From the NCBI GenBank assembly GCA_040954595.2, contig CM082580.2, forward strand, positions 9,092,390 through 9,156,389: a stretch of 64,000 nt of DNA. Direction: 5' to 3'. Below, piece after piece: positions 40,701-54,473 of the stretch. Origin of the DNA: Balanoglossus misakiensis (Eukaryota; Animalia; Hemichordata). A model generated the notes under the pieces. That model made no database searches. It was not told the DNA's origin and worked only from the letters and a program-made list of their open reading frames with translations. Position numbers and translations under genes: made by a program. Positions within the stretch are counted from its first letter, which is position 1, and each line of letters begins with the position of its first letter.

Positions 40701-43700
40701 AAAATCATTGCAGGGGAAAGTGTAATGCTGTGACAGAAATGATTATTGATGTTTTGACGGTTAGTGGCAAGTGCCGTTTTAATTAAAAGTACACCTGGGC
40801 TACATAATCCTAACACCTGCTGATAATGGGTCTGAAAGCCTATATTTTCTGTCCAGCTCAGCTGCAGTGCCAGAAATACGACTGGGATTTACAGCTCTTG
40901 AGGGGAATTTTAGTCTTGCCGTTTGTTGGCTGTAACACTCCTAGAGCAGACTTTGAAATATTAGCTGTAATAGCTACATTCACCTCGATGCCCCTGCGAG
41001 GAAATCTAATTTATGACTCCGGAGGTGTCAACTAGCCACATTTTCAATTACAGACTACATGTATGTTATGCTATTACTAATATTGGTGTTAACAATTATG
41101 CAGATGAAAAGTTTTTATCGCCTGTGGATCAAAATATTTTTTTAAGATCACCCCAAAAATCTGTTCACATTTTCCATCGTGTGAAGCACTTTGATTTTTT
41201 GGGGTACACAAATTAGAAACCTGCGAGGGGAAATTTATGGTTATTCAAATGAGCTGTGTTGTAGTAGCCATGTGAATTCAGGTATTCATATTGCTGTAGA
41301 CTAAAAGCTCAGTCTAGAAGAAAAAAAAATGATTTTGAAAATTCTATGTGAACTCATATGTCAACAAAATATTCACATTGTTTCACGTCCATTGATCATT
41401 CTCTTGAGAATTTTGAACGTCAACCCAAAGAAATCTTGATCTGTTCTCATGAATTATTTTATTTATTAAAGCATCCACAAATTACATAGTGAGAGAGGTT
41501 GGTAGTTCATGCAATCTATATGGAAATCAGTTGAGATTCCAAGTTGTAGAATAAATGTCTTTCGTAATGACAATTTAAAACTCGTTTTGCCCCACTTTTT
41601 TCAGTTGAACAGTGTACACAACACTGAAATGGGCAAAGTATTGAGTTCGGTGTTAAATGCTGACAAGAAGGCATGTCCCTGATGAGGGTGCGATTTAAAA
41701 AAAAAATTGTCATCGCTAAGTGGTAGAGTGTGATTCTTTTATTAAGAGAGAAGACTGAAAAAAGAGAGAAATTTTATCAGGGGAGTGCAGGTAGCAAGGC
41801 AAGATAGAAAATGTGACGTGAATCTGTGATAGCGTTGGAATCCATTAAAACACCGGCCGCTTAAGTTATGTACATCAAGTACGAGGAGCAAAGTGCTTTT
41901 CTCTGTTGCTTATAAGTGCCTTGAATTACTGCAAATGAATAGAATCTATTCGCGTCTAATTTGTCCGTACTGTGTCCTGCACCTTAGGTGATTGTTCAGG
42001 CAGTGTTTTTCATGCTGTGAAATTTGCCACATTCTTATCTATGGTGTAAAAAAATGTGTGTGTTCCACAGTTACTGACTAGCTGTATATTATGTGGCAGA
42101 TGGTGGTTCGGTCCTTACGTACCGGTGATGAAATAAAAATCATGCAGACGAATAAATATTGGTGCGTTTGCTATGCGCGGAATAAACTGACTGGCAAATT
42201 AATATGTGGGGGAGTATGACAGGGAAACTGGAAGGCAATGAAATGAACATTCGGTTACATTTTTTTAATTCAATAAATCATGCAGCACATTTTATCTGTT
42301 TCTGGTTTGAAATAGATCAGTGTACAAAATGTATTGAAGTCACATATGGAATTAGTGGAGCTCGAGGCAATATTTTTTATACAATGGATTTTTCAAAACT
42401 ATGTCAATGTCTATATATGGATATAGTGAGGTTTTAGCTGAAGGATATTTTACGAACAAATTTTGGCTCGCTGGAAATTTGAATGCTTTTAAAATCCCTG
42501 TGACAATTCCGATTCTCTCTCTCTCTCTGAACATTTACTAGAGCTACCGAAGACAAATAACAGTGAATGTATAAATTTAATGTGTACACGGGCAATAAAT
42601 TCCCACTGAAAATAAAGAATCCCGCAGTTGACCCTCCCTACATCGTATGTATATTTCATGAAATGCTTATCAGTGTATAGGGTTCAGGGAAAGCGACATG
42701 TAAATTATTACGCTTCAGTGATGACTCTGATATTTCTCTTGGTTACAGTTGACAGACCAAGTGAAAAGAGGCGATCCGAAATATAAAATTGATAAAAGGT
42801 TATCAGGAGCCAACATCATCGATGAACCACTTCAAGAAGTAAGTACATGATGATTTTTACAATATTTTTCACAAAGTTGCACTGCTTTTCGCAAAGCCAT
42901 AATGTACAAGTCTTTGGTTGTGTAATATTAATCACTGACTGGTTGTTGTTTTGTAACAGTGGTTCTGGTTGGCTGATTGTAGACTTCCAACCAATCAGCA
43001 GCTGGTATCCATATTGGATGACATTACCGTCCAATGAAAAGCTGTAGTTGACTGAAGATGATTTCAGTTCAGTGACCAAAGCAAAATTGATGATCTTTCT
43101 GTCAGCACGCTCAGAAACGTCCATCCATCATCATTAAATATGGTCTGTTGTCATCAAACAATGCTTGCTATATGAAGTGAAGTGTATCTCGCAAAGAAAA
43201 TGTATGGTAATGTCACTGTAGTACATCTCTTCAATAATATTTACATCAGGATTTGCAATAGCTATTGAGTGGCTTAATTCAGAATTCTATGCAATAAGTT
43301 AGCCATGAAAAAAAATTACAACAGCATTTGCATGCAAACTCTGGACATTAAGATGTGAAGGCCAGACAAAATACCCATATCAGCAGTGCAACAGCTGCGT
43401 GTGTTCCCTGAGCAGATAAAATTCAGCTGTGGTTATATCCTGTGTATGTGTATGCATTTGTATCCACAAGCGTGGAACATAAAGGCTGGTTTATGTACGC
43501 TTTTAAAATATTTAACACTTGAGAATAGTATTTTCATTAAACCCGACACCATCATTCTGTCGTTTATTGAGGATATTTTGGTGTGTGATTCTTTCCGGTC
43601 CTGTTTGCATTGGTGGACGTACGCCCAGCCTGGGAGTGATGTTTGCATCCCATAATCGCCTGGCACTGGGTGGTACTGCCACATATGTGCTTGTACCAAT

Positions 43701-46700
43701 GTGTATGTAAAAATATGTGAACCTACACGGCTATTTCCAATTTCTTTAATAAGTGAACACACAGGCATCCTGCTTGATTGAAATCCCACCTCATAAAATT
43801 AAAAGACTCGTGCGAGCTGTCGGGCGCAGAGGTTGCAAGTACATGTACTTGTCATGGTCACGGATCACTCCCAGCATAATGCAAACTGCAGTTTGATGTT
43901 GGAAAATATTTGTGTTGCTAAGCCTGGCTTTTAAATTCAGGTATTGCGTCGTATTATTTGAAAGACACGACCAAATGTCAACAGCTCTCCACTTTCACAT
44001 TAGAATCTGTTGTCAGGGGTTATTCATCGAAGTTTAATTAAGAATCCACTAATTGAAAAACACCGACTGGGTTACAGACCTGTTCAAATGAAGAATTTTT
44101 AGCACTGAATTGATTAGTGTGATTTTTTCCCACTGCACATGGTAGATTTCGAATTGTTCAGACGTCGGGAACCCTCGGAATGATAGCAGGCTAATTTTGT
44201 AACACAAATAGCGATCCCGTCTCTTAATTGAAAGTGCTCCACCTATGCGTATTGTGATAAGAACCAGGTACCCTTCAATTGCAGAGGCTTTAACTGATTA
44301 CTTTCTCCAATAAGTGAAAGCAAATGAAAGCCAGACAGAATGTAAAGTAATCTAACCAGAACTGCAATGTTAAGTTGCAAGTATATAAAATCCAATGAAG
44401 CCATATTAAAATTTAACTACCCCCCCCCCCCCCCCTCTCTAATAATATTCACATCAGTCTTTTACATCGAATAGAACTGTATTCAGGTTTTATATAAAAT
44501 TGCATATTGATTAGCGTTCACACTTGATGTGAAATTCAGGTTAGCAAAAACGAGGGCACTCTGTTTGAAATGCTGCACCATAGTGTTTTCTGTTTGTTTT
44601 ATTGGAATTTGAGAGCTGTGGCCATTATGATGGTGTTAAGAAACATTTCCAAGTGCTGACAGTGAATGGTTGCCAATGTACCATTTTAGAATTTCATTTC
44701 TAATGTATTGATCTTATTTGATGTACTTCGGTCATGTGTGTTATAGTGTGACTATAAATGGTTGCGGAGGAAATGTACTGTTTGTGTGATTTGCAGGCAT
44801 AAGATGAAATAATTTTTCATATAAGCTTTTAAGATTTCTGGGGAATATATGAGCATGGTTATTCAGCTTGTTCTGGATGACCTACTTTTGAAAAAATAAA
44901 AAAATAAACGCACATAGGAAATGCACTTGTCGGTAATAAGATTTACTTGAGTAAATGGATTCCATGAGTGGCGTACAGTAAATCATATCGGAATTGATAT
45001 TCCTGCCAAGATGTAAGGTGAAGGTCAGCACTACATCAGTTATTTTGTGACTTGCCTAATGGATTGACCCTGGCGATTGAGAATTCAAGCAGCCATCACT
45101 TCCTAATAGTCCTGCTTTGTACAGAATTCCCTTGGCTCACTCGAGAAAAGTGTTTAATAGTCAATAATGCACAATATTGTGGAGCAAAAAGTTTCATTTT
45201 CAAGAATTGTCCAGTTGATGTAAAAAAAAGACTCATGATACTGAAGGTATTATATAAGTCAGTGTCACCATGGCAACAGTTTGTGTTGCCAGGGAAACAT
45301 TGTCACTGTATACTCCTGCTATTTCCTTCCGCCAATATCGCATATACGGTTTATGAAGTATATACGATAGCCCCAATATGAATTTATACTCCCTAGGGGC
45401 AGTTAAGTTTGTCTGAGGTATGGGAGGGCAAATGGTCGTCTTCTCTCAGGGCAAATAGTACATCCATATTGGGCTGTGATGATATTTTTTATTGCATTCC
45501 TCACGAACACAATTTTCATACCACAATTTAAGGCTTAATTGGCGAAGTGACATTCCCATAATTTATTTTCTCTGAAAGACAGAAACAAGCTATTTGTGAA
45601 TTTGTGATATTGAATGAGTGAATTGAATTCTGTGCCTGTCATGGCAGGATGCATTGCATAATTGTAAGACGTCTCTGAAATTTCCTAAGTTGGAAACTGG
45701 CATAAATGGCACATCTGAACAGTTGACTATTAACTGGCAATCTGTACAGATTCCCATGGTCAGACCATAACCCGTTTGATTGGGAAGTATTTCTTTGTGC
45801 AAACAGAAATGTCAGTGAAGAGATATTACAAAGATCAAGAGGCAACGTATACTTAGGGCTTTACCCAAAGGTCTCAATGCAGTGACGCATTATCTCAATT
45901 TTTTTCTGTTCGATGAAGTGTCTTTGGTTTGCTGGTACATTGAGCATCGCAGGAAATTGGCCTGCGTCGGCTACTTGCAATGGTAACTATGGCGACTGTG
46001 ATGAAGTCTGTGATGGCCATTAGGAGACTTCACAAGATGATCAATAGACGAATCCGATCAAAGATGGTTGATACATGTCTGTGAATGACGTCCAAATTCT
46101 GCGTAATCAGCATATGAATGTCATCTCGCTGAATAAAAAGAAGCCATCAAAAGATTTGTTTTGCTTTATTTTACCTGGAAAGAGTCAGAATTTTAATGTG
46201 ATCAGTCCAAGGAGAGTGATTGTGTATGCCCATGCTCCAGCTACTAGTACTTTGACAGGTGTAAAAAACACTGAAATGGAACTCATCACTGTCGGTATAC
46301 TCAAATACCAAAAAGTCAGTGCATATAGGGGTTCGAGCTTTTACCATAAATCAATGCAGTATTTTACCAGATCCTACCTCAGACGTGTTGTACCAGTTGC
46401 CATGGCAAGGAAGTAGGCACACAAAACCATGCATACACACACTCACTGTTTTTCTCTGATATGCAGTGTTACATTCTTGCATTAAGAAACCCTTTTCCCC
46501 TACTTAGCGGGCAGTACAGTGTGTTTGTTAGGTGTTCAAATATTACTTTTGACGCATTCGGGACACATTCGCCAACCAGGGACCAGCTACAGGTAGCCTG
46601 TTCTCACACAGTGACTGTTTCACATCAAGGCTGTTGCCATGAGGTTATCTGTCATAGTGAAGGCTTATTCTCTAAAGCATACAGTAGAAAGATTGGAGGG

Positions 46701-49700
46701 AAAATCCTTTTTTTGTACACTTCTGCTTTTGTTGCCTTCATACATAGTGCTGAAGTCTACTTATGTGATCGCTGTCACGCTCTAATATATTGCTAACAAG
46801 TGAACTGTGCAGCTGTGCAGCGGCAGTACATCACAGCCCGCTGCCTCTTGCTGCAGAAAAATAGGAAGTAATGAAACATAGGCAAAAGGAAGTGACTTGC
46901 GTTCGTGTTTTCCGCATATTTGGCCAATCATGAAAACCCCCAGTACTATTTATTAGCAATGGGGAAATAGCAAAACTGTCATGGTTTGGTTTGTTCACAC
47001 AAAGAAATCTGCCAATGAACCATATTTCACGTGATGTCTGTTTATTTCCTGGTCCCTGGAGATTTTTTCAGCTGTTCATACTGCAGTCCGCGACAACCAA
47101 GAGTTTTGTGAGAGACAAAAGGCTAAAAAGATGAGAGTACACGCGACCTGTCTGAATCTGTCGTACCATATTAAATCTTCTCTCATCTTCATTCCTGTGT
47201 GACATCATTACTTGAAGGCTGTTTTAAGCTAGTCTAAGCCAGCTGTATTCCCCTTTTGTGAGGACAGTCACCGAAGCAGATTGCATAAAAGGGCATCTGT
47301 GCCTGGCTGGGTTCCATTTCATAAGATAACTGAGCAGTCCAAGCAATTTGCTGCAGGCTAGTTCGCGTCTTATTCTGTGCCGTGATTTTAGTCATCAGTA
47401 TTTGTGCCAACTGTGTTGATTACTTCGCATTCCCCCGAAAATGAAGTTTCTCAGAATTGCAATCTTCAACTGAGCTCGCGTGTGTGTTACGTGATTGGTG
47501 AAAAAAAAAAGTAATATTGTATTCTTCAGGGATTACGGCATTTTTGTAATCACAAGACAACACCTGAATAGGTACAGGTCTGGACAGTTGTCTCTCTGTT
47601 TGTAGCTAGAGGTGATATCCCCAGTGCATTTATGTGAACAGTGAAAAGACTTTTTTTAGCAAGATGTGTTTTTTGCCTATTTCATATACAGTGTCAAAGT
47701 TAATGACTGTGTCTCTTACTTAGAGTAAATGTAATAGAACCACTTCAAGTATATTGCTTCTGACTCTGTAAAAGGTTCATAAGTGAAAAAATAGCTTTAT
47801 TCCCAGAATACCAATCAGTCACCAATTGGGCATATCCACCTACATTGTACGGTTGAAAATGCCCTCTGATGGTGAAAGAGGACGTGTACAATGATTGATG
47901 TGACTGTAACATGCACATGGCACTAACTCATTAGCTGATAAACACACACACTAGTTCAGTGGTACGTGTCCGCGAGTCAAACCTGTGTAAACGAATATCC
48001 AATGGAGAGACTTCCAAAAACCAGAAAATCAATCATTGTCAATAAATAAATATATTGCCACATTGTACATTTTGTCACCAATAACATAATTTCAATTTTG
48101 TCACCAATAACATAATTTCAGGGTTGCAGATTATTTTCATTGATGCATGATGATTACATGCAATTATAAAAGTCATTTTTTTCATTTCAGGTTTTAGAAT
48201 ATGCATTCAGAGACTATGTACGGAATTGGTACAATGCAAAAGTTAGCGACCAGGAAGAGTTCCTGCATCACCTTAAACAGAGCGTACAGAGTGTTATTGT
48301 CTCGTTTTCCAACAGGTAAGACAAGAAATTGATTGTCCAGAAGAAATTTAGATTTGATTCAAAGCATTGTGCAGGATACCTGTTTGTTTGATGGAAAGGT
48401 CATTGGGTTGGTTTTATTGAACTTATGGTAAGTATGTGATGCTTGGCTAAAAATAGCCATTTCGGTGGTATCATGAAAGTGAGAAGTAGATTACACATGT
48501 ATGCTGATAGTATTAACAGAATGAGTCACCATCCCGAATGACTGTAATTTCATTATACTGGCTCACCCTTATTGTAAAAGAGAAACTCGTGATTATCTCT
48601 GAGAAAAAAATCAAAGGTATCGCTGCATATTCTCGAATTACTGTAAGCTATAAGCAAAGGATTTCAAGTGTTTGACACTGGTGGCGCTGTTGAAATAGCA
48701 CATCTAGCCCAGATCACTTCGCTCTGTCTTTTCTTATCAGTCTGATTAATTTTCTCCTCTGAATTCTGCCACTTTCAGATCCAAAGAAGTGGAGTGGGTG
48801 CCGTACTTCACCAGGCGACTGGTGGATGACTTTGCTTCCCACGTCAGACTCTTCAGAAATGCTCAAGAGAAACTCAACAAAGTACAACCAGTGGACGGTG
48901 GGTGAATAAAATCCTTTGGGAGTGTGCGCTGTCCACAAATGATATGCTCAGCAATATTAACAACAATCATTTCCATTCCAATCCATTTTGTTGTTTACAG
49001 TAACATATGTATGCATCACACTGATTTTGAATATAATCAGATTATTCCCTGTTGTTTTTCCCAGCAGATAATTCATTGCCATCATTGGAATCGATCTTCT
49101 TTGACTTAGAGGTTGAAATGGAAGAAAGCAAATGCCGAGATTTGCTTTGTTTATCCCCAGACAAAGAGGCTGGTGAGATGAAATGTTTTGCTTTTTGTTC
49201 TTTATTTGTAACTTGGTTGTGTTTGTGCGAAAAAAATCATCTGATTCGTAGTTTGTGATGTTCTCTATGCAGTACTCTGTGTGTTACCATCCATTCCATG
49301 GGAGGCCAGCAACAGCCATGCAATAGGACTTCCCTGTTTCTCAATAAAAACTCTTAAATTCGTCTCCCGTTTCAGAGTACCTGAGGGATGTGACCGAGAT
49401 GCTTTTATTTCTGCTTCTGCCAGCGCACGATTTTTACAACAAGCCGTTTCGTTATTTATTGCGGGAAGTCATCGTGTTCGCCTTGCTGCGGCCAATGATA
49501 GACAGGATAACTGAGCCAGATTACATCAATCAGACCATAATATGGATGGTGAGTCACTAGATAAACCTAGGTACTGGTTCAAAAAAACTGCCATATTGTA
49601 AGTTGATTTCTCACCCCTTGTGTGGTAGTAGAATTTCAGGAGACGAGTAGTGTACTCAGAGGAACATGCAGAATACATGTACGTGTAACATGCCATCCCT

Positions 49701-52700
49701 TTGATTCTGTCCTACTTAGTGTAAAGACCAGGCACCCGTGATCAGTGAGGGATTCCTAACAATAATCAAGCTGTCCAATAACATTGGCGAACTGGAGGCT
49801 GTCATCGAGAAACTGGACCACGAAATCAGTGTGCTGAGATCAAGAGATTCAAGTTCTGATGGTGAGAAACGCTTAGAATGAACATAACATTGCATTTACT
49901 ATTCTTGAGTTTACTTGTTCACCCAAATAAACTCCTAGACTGCCATGGGTTAACTTTTCCCCTCATCTCTCCTCAGATATTGACATCAAAATGCAGTTGA
50001 ACAGCTTGCAACATGTGAGGCGAGTTTCACTGGAAACTCTGCAGAGGCTGCTTGACGGAGAGCTGGACACAGCCATTGATGCAGTAAGTTTTAAGCAAAA
50101 AGACGATGGAAGGACTGAGTTAAAATCTAACTTGGATGTGTGTGTTGGCAAGCTAGAATGTGTACATGTAGAACATGAACTTGCCAATGAGTAGGAACAA
50201 TTGCATTAAATGCAAATATATGAACTCACTGTCATAAGCTCATCATTTTGCTAGCATATTAATGTACCAGTATATCTTTCTAATCCAGGGTGCTGAGATG
50301 TTGACACCGTTGCAAGATCAGAATCTCTATTCCTTGCCGCTGGATGTTGTTCTTGTCAATAACGTGGCTCTCTCATACTTCATAGGTGAGCATTGCCTTG
50401 CCAGAGAGTGATTTCTTCTGCTCCGTAAAACGTATTTCAAGTGATTGCAGACTTTTGATTGTTTGAATGTGCATCGTACAGACCAATTCATCTGGCTTTA
50501 TATACATATGATAAGATCAAGTCTGCATATCTAGAATGCCGTGTGCAATAAAGAAAATATAATTAGCGATGATATTTCAATGTTTGCAGATTTTATGGGA
50601 CAGAGAGGAGGTCAAGGCTACCTGTTTTTCTGGCTGACGATCGAGTCTTACAAAGTGATGGCTGAACAGCAGTTATCAGCGTACCATTTACAGAAAGTAC
50701 AATCGCAAGAGGCGGCCGACATGTTCGGGGGACCGGATCCTGAAATGCTACGAGCGGCAGCGCTTAATATATTTGAACAGTACTTAGCTGACGACGTAAG
50801 TGTAAACGTGTCCTTTGATTTTCAAAGATGTTTGGCTTGGCATATAAAATGTGGAATGATCATGTGAACAAAATCAACAGAAACTAAAGAAAAATTCATG
50901 GTTTTTTTTTGCAGGCTTCCCATGGAATTCATGTCGATGAACAACTTGTGAAGAAAACTTACCAAAAAATAAAAAATGACCCTCCCACAGAATGTGTTTT
51001 TGACGATGTCCAGAGAAAGGTAATGTAAGACTGGTCTTTATGCAGATCCATATCAGAAAGACACATTTTTCAAGCCAAATATTACAAAGAGGTTTTCACT
51101 TGTGTAATTCGGGACATAGAACCTAGGAGTTTTGAGCATTGGTGGATATGTTTTTGCTCTGTTTCTCAAGTTGTGCTCATTTGTGAGGCATATGTAGTCT
51201 ACTGCCATTGGAGTAAACTCTCACTCTTTGTCTGGTAGGTTTATGAGATTCTACAAGGAGAGCAGTACTTTCCAGCGTTCAAACAGACATCACTGTATGT
51301 CAAGTGTCTTGCGGAGTTGGATCTGTTGAAAGACGAGAGTCCGAAGATCGACGAGAGACCAATGTCACTTCATTCCGCGGATTCTTCTCCAACAAACAGT
51401 TTACAAGGGGTATGTTACTTCACGAGAGAGAGAGATGTCTTTTTGTGGCCCTGTTTTGTGTATTTGTCTCTAGAGAGACTAGTGCAATGTACATCATTCA
51501 CTGTGTGCAAGTCTGGATAGTTCAGTGAAAGTTACCAGGGTATACTGTATCCCACCTTCATTTCTTTCTTTCTTTCTTCCTTTCTTTGTTCACTTGCAGT
51601 CAACAGAAGATCTCTTGTCTTCATCAGTAGAAGAAGGGACCATGTCAGACCTGATGACTAATTCACACTACTCAGTAAAAGCAACTATTACAAACACAGG
51701 TACAGTATACCAGATACAGCTACTTGTACAGTGTTATAACAATATAACAATACAATGCAATACAGTAATACAATACAAAACAATACATGTTCCATTTGAA
51801 AGACACAATAACCAGTATTATTACAAAGTGATCATGTTGGCATTTACCCTTCACATATTTGTCAAATTTCAGCCATTGTGAAAGAGTCGGCCAAATCCTA
51901 TGGTGTGTACAGCATCCATGTGGAACGCACCAATGCAGACAGTACAGAGGAAGTCTGGGATGTGTACAGGAGATACAGTGACTTCCACGATTTACATATG
52001 GTACTCAAAGAGAAATTCGAGTCCCTCTTCGGTCTGAGTTTGCCCGGCAAGAAGGCGTTCAACAATACCAGTAAGAGTTTCCTTGAGAAAAGAACAAAGC
52101 AACTTAATTCCTACTTACAGGTAAGCTTAGCTGTACTCTGTGTGACACAGTCATTCACCACACTCTACCATGTTTACTTCATGTTGATAACTTTTCCACT
52201 AAAATTTCCACTGTTGTGATTACACTTACCACAGACCTTGCTGTGCCACGACGTACTGACTAACAACCCGGGTATGCTGGGAGTTCTGGTGCACTTCTTG
52301 GAACCGGGTGTATACAACAAGGGCAAAGGTCAATTTGCCCGCAAGGTGAGTCAAACTGTTGTTGAGATCAAGGCTTGTTGGTTCAAGCAGAGATTACTTT
52401 CCTGTAAATGCAGTGTGTTTGTTTCTTAAAAAAAATAATTGCACGTATATTATATGTTTTGTTATGAAGATGGACACCTTGGTCAACCCTTTGAAGAATT
52501 CAGTACGGAATGTGGCGCACACTGTGAAATCAGTACCTGGTAACATTGTCGATGGGATGGTGCAGATGACAGACGAATTCAATAAAATGTCCGACAGAAT
52601 GACTGACAGTTTCACCAAGATCTTCAAGGTAAAGTTAAATTGATTTCTGTCTGCATTACTTTGCATTTTATTGACTAGGAGTATCTTCAAGCAAGATTTG

Positions 52701-54473
52701 AACAAGATCTGATTTTATTAACAATTGCTTTGATAGGCAAGATATTTGTATTCTGTATTTTGGGAACACTATTAAAGTATCAACGCTGAAGTCACAGTTT
52801 TCTTTGCGTTTTATTTCTTGCACAGGGCAATCAAAGGGAAGGGTTCCTGGAAACAGAAAAAGTCTCAGCTAATATTGGAGCTGATGTGAGTATGAATTTC
52901 TAATTTATGAAGGGGTTCATTCAATAGAGCAAAAGTGGTTTCCTTTAAAAAAAAATGTTACTGTGTTAATATTAAAAGTGTACAGTGTGAATTTTATAAC
53001 AAAGCATTGTCTTATTGTTATCCTGTCCAGGAGGAAGATAACATTCCACTCAGAATCATGCTGTTACTTCTGGACGAAGTCTTTGACCTGAAAAGTCGCG
53101 ATCAGTGGCTTAGACGACGTATGATTGCCTTGCTGAGACAGTTCATCAAGGCAGCATTTGGTAACATGATCAATACGTAAGTTACGAAAAGTCAACTAAC
53201 CACCAGAGAATTTGAAGTCATCCCTTTCTATTTTCAATAGACTGTGTCGTTAAAAATGAAAACTAACATGACAGTGGGTGAATTGAGTTTGTTTCTTTTC
53301 TCTGCAGGAAAATTGTCGACTACGTGGCATATACTACATCAGCTGAGCAAGTGGCTGAATATGTCAAGTTATTCAGGTTTGTGCTAAACTAATCCAAGTA
53401 GTTGAAAATGTTGTTGGTAGAAGTAAATACTGAAACAAAAGATTTGCATGACCAGCATTGTAATTGTATTTGGGTCAAAATAATGAAACTGTGTTCAACA
53501 CTTTTGTTTTGATTTATGACATATCATATCGCAACTGAAGACTTTTCTGTGTTTATACAGAGATTCATTTTGGCCGGATGGCATTGAAGCAGATTCTGCA
53601 CCAGAGAGAGACAACATGACCAAGATGAGGACAAGGGTCATCGCTAAAACAAAACTTATAACCAGCATGCCAGGTAGGCATCTCATCCCACAGATAACTA
53701 GGGGGTCCCATGACCCCTGGATGACCTTACATCCTGGTATTTCCAATGGTATGACGTTGCCCAAATTGAAGGTGGTAAAAATCGACCCCGTTTTATCTTC
53801 TTAGGCAATGATAGACTTTATTTCTGTTAAATTACCTTTGCTTTTTTTCTTGATCAAAGCCTTGGTAATTTGTCTGTTTTGACTTTTTTTTAAAAATTGT
53901 TCTGTGTGCTTTCTTTTAGATGAACTGAAGAATTTCATTGGAGCTGAAACAACCAAGAAAGGAATTCTACGGGTGTTTGAAATGTTGCAACACCAAAAAC
54001 TCAACAAGAGACTCGTGTACGTGTTTTTTGAAGGAATGCTAGAGACCCTATTCCCCGATAATAACTTTGGCAGCATCTTCACCAAGTTGCATTCGCAGTC
54101 CGACCGTCTCCGGAACAAGCCCCCACCGGCAGCGGCGGCGGCGAGGCGCCCCGGAACGAGGAAAAGGGGCGTCCTCGAGCGGGGGAACTCGCACAGGAAG
54201 AGCGTTCTGCAAAGGACTGACTCTCAGCACAAACGGAATAAACTGGAGAGGACAGACACGCAGCAGAGGAGAAACAGACTGGAGCGAAGTGACTCGGCCG
54301 GCAGACTGCCGAAACTCGAAAGGAGCGACTCGCAGACCAAACTGAAAGCGGCGAATTCGGCTCAGAGGAAAACGTTGGAAAAGTCTCTGAGCAGCAGTCA
54401 GTGCGACGGAGCAAGCAGCAACAATAGAGTACCGAGTCTGTCGAGGCATAACTCAGAGAGCCTGCTTTCGTAG
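37797..54473 (+). CDS. SNX13: Sorting nexin-13 (RGS-PX1): N-terminal TM, PXA, RGS, PX, Nexin_C; about 1073 aa
   Basis: Exons: 37797-37799 (ATG only; least certain), 39811-39923, 40379-40484, 42749-42838, 48191-48315, 48779-48897, 49068-49172, 49376-49548, 49720-49861, 49977-50083, 50289-50385, 50590-50795, 50915-51019, 51239-51409, 51600-51699, 51873-52120, 52235-52345, 52470-52628, 52826-52885, 53031-53176, 53308-53376, 53561-53673, 53920-54473. All GT-AG, in frame, 3222 nt total. Peptides IDKRLSGANIIDEPLQ, YRRYSDFHDLH (PX), KGKGQFARKMDTLVNPLKNS, DNIPLRIMLLLLDEVFDLK and GAETTKKGILRVFEM match SNX13 as I recall it. Confidence 0.95.
48069..48120. repeat. Perfect 26-bp tandem duplication
   Basis: ATTTTGTCACCAATAACATAATTTCA x2 in an SNX13 intron. 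Confidence 0.85.

Noticed and set aside
42960-43125. Small hairpins with CCAAT motifs and CTGAAGATGA, resembling a Penelope-type terminal repeat
   Set aside because: Too degenerate to support without a repeat-library search.
54048-54449. Overlapping antisense and alternate-frame ORFs over the last SNX13 exon
   Set aside because: By-products of GC-rich coding sequence.
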